Assembly (NCBI GenBank): GCA_038087875.1 | Contig: JAXLNO010002167.1 | Location: 1 to 64,000 of the forward strand | Direction of reading: 5' to 3' | DNA length: 64,000 nucleotides | Source of the DNA: Malacoraja senta | Lineage: Eukaryota | Shown: piece by piece, positions 14,201-26,200 of the stretch | Layout of the letters: every line of letters starts with the position of its first letter | Numbering within the stretch: position 1 is the stretch's first letter | Translations under genes and position numbers: made by a program | Notes under the pieces: model-generated | What the model was told of the DNA's origin: nothing | What the model saw: only the letters and a program-made list of their open reading frames with translations | Database searches by the model: none

Positions 14201-17200
14201 ACAATTAATTCAAAAGCAAATGTTTAGAAAATGCATTATCTGAGAAAGCTGTGAAAGTTGTACGTTGCTGCTTTCTCAATGGCTCACCCAGAGACCTGTG
14301 CCGACAAACTTGGTGCAAGGATAAACAACTGTCAATCACTTACCAGCTGTGTAGCTGCGGGTCGATGTAGTTGTGGGTGGTACCTTTGATGTTGTTGTTT
14401 CTGTAAAACATAAAAGATGTCACAGCAAGTTATAATGCACACTGTTGCTCGATGACTTTGTATAAGGTCCATCATTTCATTTTTTATTTCAGGGTGTAGG
14501 TACCACCAGCAATGCAGGCATTTATTGCTGGTCAATTCACAATTGCCCCATGTTAAGGAGGCAAGTGCTCAACCTTCCATCAGCATCCTTTTGTGTTTCC
14601 ATTCAATACATTCAGTTAGATTGTCATGTTAACAATAGATTTTCTTCTTCATGTTGCCCTTTAAATTGCAACATCAATCCAATGATGCCATCCTATCAAA
14701 GCAATCAATTAGGAAGAATAATGTGAGATACAATCAGTGATATTTTGTTCAAAGACGGAAGAATAAACCAGGTTCCTTTCGAGAACAATTGTGGGCAAGA
14801 AGTACTGTAATCCCACTGTTACCTGTTTAGTTTGTAGCTGGTAGTAGATGATGTTGTGGTCTGAAACTCTTTTGGTGAAGTTGTTTCTCAATGGTGTTAA
14901 GGAGTGATAGAGAGTTAAAGAAGGGCAGAGTAAGAGTTCCTCATAGGGAAAGGTATCAAAGTTGAAGGATACTCTGTACTTTAGATCGGTGGCTTGAGAA
15001 TTACTGCTGGAAATAGACAGAGGGAAGGAGGAAGGGAGAGTGGATGGACCGCAGCAGAAGGAAGTCGTCGGTGAGGGATAGAATTTTAAGAAAATGAGAA
15101 GTAGCATGGCCACATGAAGAGTGGGGATTAATGGAGAGAATATGGGCTGGCTAGTTTGTACAGAGCTCATTAGAGGGGAAACGTGATAGATGGAAATGCA
15201 TCTGGAACTCTCACTGAAACAGAATAAAATTCCAAATGCCCCTTCAATAAAAGACAGTATCCTTGCACATGACTGGCATATTTACCTGAAATTGTTGTTG
15301 TTGATGTTGTACTTGGAGTTATTGTTGCTACATGCTCATAGCAAAATCGAATTTGATAGTCAAGACAGATGTTGACTTCCTCCAAAGACTCATTGGAGAC
15401 TGTGCAGACCAGTCCTACGTCTGGGTCACAGGTCACATTGTCTGGTGTTTCATTTAGTGGCCAATAAGGGAAATCGACAAATTGACACTCAACTTCTTTA
15501 ATTGTACAGTAACTGGAAGGACACAGATCTTGCCGTATGGATTCCAGTAATTCAGTATCGCCTGGACTGTATTCAGATGGTTTGTGGTTATTATACCATG
15601 CAGACCAGACACCATTACATTTCCAGTCTGGAAAAGGAGAAGCAAAGGTTCAGTTCATCTTCCTTCAAGTGTTCATTAACCAAAAGTACAAAATAAAATA
15701 GCAAGATACATATTTCCTCATTTGATGGTATTTCTCAGCACTGGCCCGGTTTATAGTTGTGAAGATGTGCAGCACCTACTCCCAAATCCCTGAAACATTT
15801 TGCCTTCTTTTGAATCACAATATTTTTGGATGACAAGATATATCAAATCAAAGTAATCTGTGGAATACTCATTTACATTTCACATATTGGAGGCACATAA
15901 TCATGAGCCTATTTCTGCCAATTATGCACATCACTAAATATTGTATCAACTGGTGTTGAATTCTTGATCAGCACAGTCTAATGGGAAAATTCACTGAAAC
16001 ACAGTCCTCTGAAGATTATCCATAATTTACAACACAAAGTCCACAGCTACAATTAATTCAAAAGCAAATGTTTAGAAAATGCATTATCTGAGAAAGCTGT
16101 GAAAGTTGTACGTTGCTGCTTTCTCAATGGCTCACCCAGAGACCTGTGCCGACAAACTTGGTGCAAGGATAAACAGCCGTCAATCACTTACCAGCTGTGT
16201 AGCTGCGGGTCGATGTAGTTGTGGGTGGTAACTTTGTTGTTGTTGTTTCTGTAAAACATAAAAGATATCACAGCAAGTTATAATGCACACTGTTGCTCGA
16301 TGACTTGGCATCAGGTCCATCTTTTCATTTTTTATTTCAGGGTGTAGGTACCACCAGCAATGCAGGCATTTATTGCTGGTCAATTCACAATTGCCCCATG
16401 TTAAGGAGGCAAGTGCTCAACCTTCCATCAGCATCTTTTGTGTTTCCATTCATCACATTCAGTTAGATTGTCATGTTAACAATAGATTTTCTTCTTCATG
16501 TTGCCCTTTAAATTGCAACATCAATCCAATGATGCCATCCTATCAAAGCAATCAATTAGGAAGAATAATGTGAGATACAATCAGTGATATTTTGTTCAAA
16601 GACGGAAGAATAAACCAGGTTCCTTTCGAGAACAATTGTGGGCAAGAAGTACTGTAATCCCACTGTTACCTGTTTAGTTTGTAGCTGGTAGTAGATGATG
16701 TTGTGGTCTGAAACTCTTTTGGTGAAGTTGTTTCTCAATGGTGTTAAGGAGTGATAGAGAGTTAAAGAAGGGCAGAGTAAGAGTTCCTCATAGGGAAAGG
16801 TATCAAAGTTGAAGGATACTCTGTACTTTAGATCGGTGGCTTGAGAATTACTGCTGGAAATAGACAGAGGGAAGGAGGAAGGGAGAGTGGATGGACCGCA
16901 GCAGAAGGAAGTCGTCGGTGAGGGATAGAATTTTAAGAAAATGAGAAGTAGCATGGCCACATGAAGAGTGGGGATTAATGGAGAGAATATGGGCTGGCTA
17001 GTTTGTACAGAGCTCATTAGAGGGGAAACGTGATAGATGGAAATGCATCTGGAACTCTCACTGAAACAGAATAAAATTCCAAATGCCCCTTCAATAAAAG
17101 ACAGTATCCTTGCACATGACTGGCATATTTACCTGAAATTGTTGTTGTTGATGTTGTACTTGGAGTTATTGTTGCTACATGCTCATAGCAAAATCGAATT

Positions 17201-20200
17201 TGATAGTCAAGACAGATGTTGACTTCCTCCAAAGACTCATTGGAGACTGTGCAGACCAGTCCTACGTCTGGGTCACAGGTCACATTGTCTGATGTTTCAT
17301 TTAGTGGCCAATAAGGGAAATCGACAAATTGACACTCAACTTCTTTAATTGTACAGTAACTGGAAGGACACAGATCTTGCCGTATGGATTCCAGTAATTC
17401 AGTATCGCCTGGACTGTATTCAGATGGTTTGTGGTTATTATACCATGCAGACCAGACACCATTACATTTCCAGTCTGGAAAAGGAGAAGCAAAGGTTCAG
17501 TTCATCTTCCTTCAAGTGTTCATTAACCAAAAGTACAAAATAAAATAGCAAGATACATATTTCCTCATTTGATGGTATTTCTCAGCACTGGCCCGGTTTA
17601 TAGTTGTGAAGATGTGCAGCACCTACTCCCAAATCCCTGAAACATTTTGCCTTCTTTTGAATCACAATATTTTTGGATGACAAGATATATCAAATCAAAG
17701 TAATCTGTGGAATACTCATTTACATTTCACATATTGGAGGCACATAATCATGAGCCTATTTCTGCCAATTATGCACATCACTAAATATTGTATCAACTGG
17801 TGTTGAATTCTTGATCAGCACAGTCTAATGGGAAAATTCACTGAAACACAGTCCTCTGAAGATTATCCATAATTTACAACACAAAGTCCACAGCTACAAT
17901 TAATTCAAAAGCAAATGTTTAGAAAATGCATTATCTGAGAAAGCTGTGAAAGTTGTACGTTGCTGCTTTCTCAATGGCTCACCCAGAGACCTGTGCCGAC
18001 AAACTTGGTGCAAGGATAAACAGCCGTCAATCACTTACCAGCTGTGTAGCTGCGGGTCGATGTAGTTGTGGGTGGTAACTTTGTTGTTGTTGTTTCTGTA
18101 AAACATAAAAGATATCACAGCAAGTTATAATGCACACTGTTGCTCGATGACTTGGCATCAGGTCCATCTTTTCATTTTTTATTTCAGGGTGTAGGTACCA
18201 CCAGCAATGCAGGCATTTATTGCTGGTCAATTCACAATTGCCCCATGTTAAGGAGGCAAGTGCTCAACCTTCCATCAGCATCTTTTGTGTTTCCATTCAT
18301 CACATTCAGTTAGATTGTCATGTTAACAATAGATTTTCTTCTTCATGTTGCCCTTTAAATTGCAACATCAATCCAATGATGCCATCCTATCAAAGCAATC
18401 AATTAGGAAGAATAATGTGAGATACAATCAGTGATATTTTGTTCAAAGACGGAAGAATAAACCAGGTTCCTTTCGAGAACAATTGTGGGCAAGAAGTACT
18501 GTAATCCCACTGTTACCTGTTTAGTTTGTAGCTGGTAGTAGATGATGTTGTGGTCTGAAACTCTTTTGGTGAAGTTGTTTCTCAATGGTGTTAAGGAGTG
18601 ATAGAGAGTTAAAGAAGGGCAGAGTAAGAGTTCCTCATAGGGAAAGGTATCAAAGTTGAAGGATACTCTGTACTTTAGATCGGTGGCTTGAGAATTACTG
18701 CTGGAAATAGACAGAGGGAAGGAGGAAGGGAGAGTGGATGGACCGCAGCAGAAGGAAGTCGTCGGTGAGGGATAGAATTTTAAGAAAATGAGAAGTAGCA
18801 TGGCCACATGAAGAGTGGGGATTAATGGAGAGAATATGGGCTGGCTAGTTTGTACAGAGCTCATTAGAGGGGAAACGTGATAGATGGAAATGCATCTGGA
18901 ACTCTCACTGAAACAGAATAAAATTCCAAATGCCCCTTCAATAAAAGACAGTATCCTTGCACATGACTGGCATATTTACCTGAAATTGTTGTTGTTGATG
19001 TTGTACTTGGAGTTATTGTTGCTACATGCTCATAGCAAAATCGAATTTGATAGTCAAGACAGATGTTGACTTCCTCCAAAGACTCATTGGAGACTGTGCA
19101 GACCAGTCCTACGTCTGGGTCACAGGTCACATTGTCTGGTGTTTCATTTAGTGGCCAATAAGGGAAATCGACAAATTGACACTCAACTTCTTTAATTGTA
19201 CAGTAACTGGAAGGACACAGATCTTGCCGTATGGATTCCAGTAATTCAGTATCGCCTGGACTATATTCAGTTGGTTTGTGGTTATTATACCATGCAGACC
19301 AGACACCATTACATTTCCAGTCTGGAAAAGGAGAAGCAAAGGTTCAGTTCATCTTCCTTCAAGTGTTCATTAACCAAAAGTACAAAATAAAATAGCAAGA
19401 TACATATTTCCTCATTTGATGGTATTTCTCAGCACTGGCCCGGTTTATAGTTGTGAAGATGTGCAGCACCTACTCCCAAATTCCTGAAACATTTTGCCTT
19501 CTTTTGAATCACAATATTTTTGGATGACAAGATATATTAAATCAAAGTAATCTGTGGAATACTCATTTGCATTTCACATATTGGAGGCACATAATCATGA
19601 GCCTATTTCTGCCAATTATGCACATCACTGAATATTGTATCAACTGGTGTTGATTTCTTGATCAGCACAGTCTAATGGGAAAATTCACCGAAACACAGTC
19701 CTCTGAAGATTATCCATAATTTACAACACAAAGTCCACAGCTACAATTAATTCAAAAGCAAATGTTTAGAAAATGCATTATCTGAGAAAGCTGTGAAAGT
19801 TGTACGTTGCTGCTTTCTCAATGGCTCACCCAGAGACCTGTGCCGACAAACTTGGTGCAAGGATAAACAACCGTCAATCACTTACCAGCTGTGTAGCTGC
19901 GGGTCGATGTAGTTGTGGGTGGTACCTTTGTTGTTGTTGTTTCTGTAAAACATAAAAGATATCACAGCAAGTTATAATGCACACTGTTGCTCGATGACTT
20001 GGCATCAGGTCCATCTTTTCATTTTTTATTTCAGGGTGTAGGTACCACCAGCAATGCAGGCATTTATTGCTGGTCAATTCACAATTGCCCCATGTTAAGG
20101 AGGCAAGTGCACAACCTTCCATCAGCATCTTTTGTGTTTCCATTCATCACATTCAGTTAGATTGTCATGTTAACAATAGATTTTCTTCTTCATGTTGCCC

Positions 20201-23200
20201 TTTAAATTGCAACATCAATCCAATGATGCCATCCTATCAAAGCAATCAATTAGGAAGAATAATGTGAGATACAATCAGTGATATTTTGTTCAAAGACGGA
20301 AGAATAAACCAGGTTCCTTTCAAGAACAATTGTGGGCAAGAAGTACTGTAATCCCACTGTTACCTGTTTAGTTTGTAGCTGGTAGTAGATGATGTTGTGG
20401 TCTGAAACTCTTTTGGTGAAGTGGCCTGTCCCACTTGCGTGTCCTTGGCATGCAAATTAAGTGACCTCGTCATCGCGTTGAGGCGCACGGGCATCGTGTG
20501 GCCGCGCGGGGCCGCTTCCACTGAGAAGCGCGGAGGGGTATGGAGTTGTGCGCGGTATCGCGCGGCGTTCCGGAATTTTGTACCAAACGGAATCTTCGCG
20601 AGCAACCGACCCGTTGCGTAACTGACGGCCAAAGTGGGACAGGCCCAAGACCCTGGCGTGACGCAACCTCTCACCTCCAACAGCAGTAGAAGCAGGCAAA
20701 CGATCGTCGAACTCGGCCTGGGGCTCACGGCCATTGCGGATCCGATCCGTCCCCTCTTCTGCTCCCAGAGCGGGGCCAAGAAAATTGAGATAGACTCCTA
20801 CAAAATGTAGGAGTGACTCAGCGGGACCGGCAGCATATCTGGAGAGAAGGAATGGGTGACGTTTCAGGTCAAGACCCTTCTTTCAGACTGAAGAAGGGTC
20901 TCGACCCGAAACATCATCCATTCCTTCTCTCCAGAGATGCTGCCGGTCCCGCTGAGTTACTCCAGCATGTTGTAGCAATGTTACAATACTTACCTTCAGC
21001 TGCGCTGCAGTTCTGCCACTGGCCATGTGCGTGACTTTGGCGCCTTTGAGGGGGGTGGCGGGATAAAAATCCAGTTTTCTACCGCCTGTCCGAGACCGAT
21101 TTCCTCTGGTGATTCATTTATTGGCCAATAAGGGAAATGGACAATTGGCACTCAACTATTTTAATTGTATAGTAAATGGAAGGACAAGCTCTGCCATTCA
21201 ATATGATTATGGCTGATGATCGCTTTCTATCCAACCCCCTTGAGGCTTTTGATATTTTATATTTCTCTACCTCCTAAAATATATTCAGTGATGTTGGCTC
21301 TCAAGTGTTTTGATTAGCAAACTCCACAGGGCCTCACTCTCTCCTCATGTTCTCCTCATTTCAGTCCATAATTTCGTGCCAATATCTTGAGACTGTGACC
21401 CAATAGTCTAAGTCTCCACAGCAAGGGGAATCCTTATCAGACCTCTCTGGATTTTTGAAGTTGCAGTGAGGCTTTCTTCCATTCTACTAACTACAGGTGG
21501 TTAAACGGACTTGACCTAATCTCTCCAGATATGACAATTCTGCTGGAGCGGAAGTCAATCCGGTCAACTTTCACTGCACGATCTCTCAGGAAGCATATAT
21601 TTTCTCAGATGAGGAGGTCAAAATTTAATCAGTCTTCCAAGCATGTTATCATAAGAGACTTGTATTGCTGTATGAATGAATGAATGATACTTTATTATCA
21701 CGTGACATGTCACCGTGAGATTCTTTGTTTTGCATACACAAGGTATGCAAAGAGTCGCCACATACAGGGCACCGACGGATACCAATGCCTCAGCCGGACT
21801 GATAATCTCAGGACCCTGCCATCATGATGCACCAAGATCTAATAAGAACTTAGTCATCAACCCTGCCCCACTCCCAGTCTCCTTATTTCTATTCTTGATT
21901 ATGCTTACAAACCTGGTCTACTCACAACAACACGCATCCCGACCACCCAGACCAGCCTCTGTGTCAGCACCTGCTCCTGTGAAAATTATCACCACCTGCT
22001 CTGGAACTCCAGGCAACTTTGGCCTCGTCCTTGGCTGAAGATCTCAGCAGTGAGTCCACCACTGACCAGATGCACCATGCACCACTGACCAGAACTACTA
22101 GATGCACCATTGAGCAGAACTTCTAGCTGACTAATTGGGGCACACTGCTGTCTCAATGCATTCAATGTACAGTACTTTTGAAACTGAGCAGATGATGTTT
22201 AGTCAAAATATACAATCTAGGGATAAGTAATGAATCTCCACAGCAACTCATGTACATCAATTGGTCACAACTCTTTGAGAAGTTGGTTATGGGGCATATC
22301 AACCCCTACCTCAACAAGAACCTCGACCCATTACAGTTTGCCTACCATCACAATAGGTCCACGGAGGATGCAATCTCACTGGCTCTCCACTCCACACTGG
22401 ACCACTTGGACAATATAACACTTACGTCAGGCTGTTGTTTATAGACTACAGCTTGGCGTTCAATACCATCATCCCCTGCAAGCTGGTTACCAAGCTCACG
22501 GAATTGGGTCTCTGTGCATCCCTCTGCAATTGGATCCTCAACTTCCTCATTCACAGACCATAATCTGCTTGAATTGACTGAAATACTTAATCCTCAGTAA
22601 CAATCAGAACGAGAGCACCTCAAGGTTGCGTGCTCAGCCCCCTGCTCTACTCACTCTATACTCATGACTGTGTAGTTGGACACAGTGCGAACTCCATCTT
22701 CAAGTTCGTCAATGACACCACTATTGTGAGATGAATTACAGATGGTGATGAATCAGAGTATGGAAGTGAGATTGACCGATTAACCAAATAGTGCCAGCAC
22801 AACAACCTGGCTCACAATATCGGTAAAACCAAAGAACTGATTGTGGACTTTAGAAGAGGAAGGATTAGGACCCACAATCCTGTTTATATCAATGGGACGA
22901 TGGTGGAGAGAGTCAAAAACTTCAAATTCCTGGGCGTGCATATTTCCGAAGATCTTTCCTGGACCCAGCACACTGATGCAATAATAAAGAAAGCACATCA
23001 GAGCCTCTACTTCTTGAGAAGGTTACGGAGATTCAGTATGTCAAAGAGGATTCTCTTCAACTTCTACAGGTGCACAGTAGAGAGCATATTGACTGGCTGC
23101 ATCATGGCCTGGTTGGGCAACTTGATCATCCAGGAGTGGAAAAGACTGCAAAAAGTTGTAAACACTGCCCAGTCCATTACTGGCTCTGATCTCCCCACCA

Positions 23201-26200
23201 TTGAAGGGATTTATCAAATTTGTTGCCTCAAAAATGGAGCCAGCATCAACAGAGACCTCACCATTCTGGCCACACACTCATTTCACCACTGCCGTCGGGA
23301 AGAAGGTACAGGAGCCTGAAAACTGTAACGTCCAGATTCAGGAACAGCTTCTTCCCTACAGCCATCAGGCTATTAAACACTACATCCTCATATAAGCTCT
23401 AAACTACAATAGACTATTATTATTATTAATATTGCACTATTATTGTTTGCTTTTTGAGTATGTGTGTATATACACACACTGAACTTTTTTTTCTCTCTCT
23501 CGTTTATCATATTATTTACAGTGTACTATGTTTACATATTCTGTTGTGCTGCAGCAAGTAAGAATTTCATTGTTCTATCTGGGACATATGACAATAAAAC
23601 ATTCTTGACTCTCTCTCTTGAATCAATATTAGGAACAATTCTCTAAAGGTTGTTCAGCATTTACAACCGAAAACCCAGTTCAATATCAGTTCTAAAGCAT
23701 TTAATTAGACAAGAATGTATGACAGGTCAGTGAAAGTTGTAGCCTGTTGCTCTCTGAATGACTCACTCAATAATTTAGAAATTATAGAATAATTTAATGC
23801 TTGTCTAAACAGGCATGATGTAAAGTATAACTGCGCTCACTTCCCAGTTATGTGAGTACTGGGTGAAATAGTTGTCATCAGTATCTGCTTTGTTGTGGTT
23901 GTTTCTATAAATCAAGGAAGGAATTGCAGTCAGTTACTACACTGCACACCCGTTTAGTTTAGAGATACAGCGCGGAAACAGGCCCTTTGGCTCATTGTTT
24001 CCGCGCCGGCCAACAGTTCCCGCACACTAACACTATCCTACACACATTATGGACAATTTACAATTTTTACTGAAGCTAATTAAGCTACAAACCTGTACGT
24101 CTTTGGAGTGTGGGAGGAAACCGGAGAAAAATCACGCAGGTCACGAGGAGAATGTACAAATTTCATAAATACAGCCCCCGTAGTCGGGATCCAACCTGGG
24201 GCTCTGGTGCTGTACGGCAGCAACTCTACCACCATGCTGCCATCCCAACCCGTGTTGGGTTTAAAGACCTTGAGGCTAAAACTGATACCCCTCCCTCCAC
24301 CACCAAAAGGTACAGGGAGAGGGCCACACAGTCAATCAGTCCAGGTCCATTATAACTGCGGGTAGCAGACCAGGTTTGTGCTGGTTGCTAGTTTTTCTCA
24401 GTTTTACTTTAATTCTGTGTAAACTGCATGGAGTAATGGCTCCTGGATCAGTCAAGATCCAATGCTGAGTGAAGCTCATTTCATTTAAAGAAAAATTGCA
24501 CTGATTCAAGTGCATAAACTCTGGGATTCTGCAGGTGAAGGCTTTCCTGGAAATCAGTGGGGATGAATGGTCTCCAGGATGTTGTGCTGGGCCTTGATGC
24601 ATCAGCGTTCATTGAGAAGAGATATTTTGTTGCACTGGAAATTGTAGATGCTGGATACAAGTCCAGATGCAGCATTGATGAGGATATTAGCAGAGCTAGA
24701 GGGTTGAAATTGTATGATAATACAGAGATGGAGATTAGTATTGGAATAGATAAATGGGCCAAAGATTATCTTGCGATTCAACATGTTCTCAGGATTATAA
24801 TAGTCGTTCTTCACAACTTCCCATTCTGACACTGGCCCAATGGGACAAACTTCATCTCAACTCAATCCTGAGCATGGGTCTTCCTTTAGTTCCACTCTCA
24901 TTGTCTGGTTATTCACATTGGCCACTCAGGGAAATGGGCAAATTGGCATCAAATGTTCAATAACCAAAATTACAGAATAAAATTGCAAAACAATTGTTTT
25001 CGCAATTGATGATATTCCTCAGTACTGGCATGGTTTATAGTTGTGAAGGTGTGCATCACCTACTCCTAAAGCCCTAAGACTTCTCGCCTTCTCTTGAATG
25101 ACAGCAAGAATACTCATTCCAAATTTCACTTTATAGGAGCACATAATCATGAGCCTATTTTGACCAATCATGTACATCACCAAATAATATTTAAACTGGG
25201 GTTCAATTCATAATTTGCACTGTCTTATCTCAAAATTCACAGAAATACAATCCTCTGTAAGTTGTACATAATTTACAACAGAAAGTCCACAGAGACAATT
25301 AATTCTATAGCAAATCAATAGAAAATGGCAAATAAGAGAAAGATCAGTGGAAGTTGTACTTTCAGTTGTGCAATCAAACCTGGTGCAAGAAGATACAGCA
25401 GTCAATGACTTACCAGATGTGGAGTTGCGGGTTGATGAAGTTGTAGGCGGTACTTTTGTTGTTGTAGTTGTTGTTGTTGTTGTTGTTGTTGTTTCTATAA
25501 AACACAAAATATATCACTGCTGGTATGCTGGGTATCATTTCCATCAGAAAAGCATTTGCTAGTATTGTCTGGTGGAAATGCGTGTGCTGTTCACAAAAAT
25601 ATTTGCAAGGCTTCCAACGGAAAGATCCCTTTGACAGATAAACAAACCATGCCATTTGAAAAATTTCAGGTCCATTGAAAAAGGAACCTGGTAGCATTCC
25701 TGACGTACTATACAAGTGTCATTTTTCTCAGCCTTCGAGGGCTGAACTGCAATGAAGTATCGAGGGTTGATGAGAGATTCTGTCAGTTAAATATTTACTG
25801 CAGGTATTTTAATACCCTATCTTGTTAGGGTTTCCAAACACAGAATTCACTTCGACACATTGGTTGCAATGGGCGGTAGTAGGACAAAAGGGAAAACAGG
25901 TTTTAAACTTTTTGTTTAACCTGAATACTTTTAATTAATTGTATCTGTTTTTATGAGGTTTAGATAATTTTACTTTCTTTACTTTGGGGGGGGGGGGGGG
26001 GTTATAGTCTGTAAGGATGTTTGTCAAAAACAGCTGGGGTGCAGTAAAATGGGCAGGAGGTTTTGGGGCAGGACATCCTTATTGACTAATAGATACAAAG
26101 AATTGCTGATGTTGGTCCTGCAGGGGGACCAGAAGACCCTCAAACAGCTCATCAATTGGGCAATGGGAACAGATTTCTGTGGATGTCACTGCCAGGATTC

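Larger units (their letters stand above)
8275..20421. repeat. Intragenic tandem array, unit ~1843-1850 bp, ~6.6 copies
   Basis: Near-identical ORF-track entries recur at 9961, 11804, 13654, 15502, 17349 and 19196; introns also near-identical. Confidence 0.97.

Noticed and set aside
9169-18864. Recurrent 153-155-aa minus-strand ORFs and 61-67-aa ORFs in each array unit
   Set aside because: They span intron and pseudo-exon sequence or are off-frame or antisense to the CysD exon; their recurrence only reflects the duplication
8275-20421. CRISPR-like or satellite interpretation of the array
   Set aside because: Units are 1.85 kb with spliceosomal exons and no repeat-spacer structure; the DNA is eukaryotic
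20360-20779. 139-aa ORF ending in [16 protein letters not shown]
   Set aside because: Chance read-through from the GC-rich MITE into pseudo-exon B
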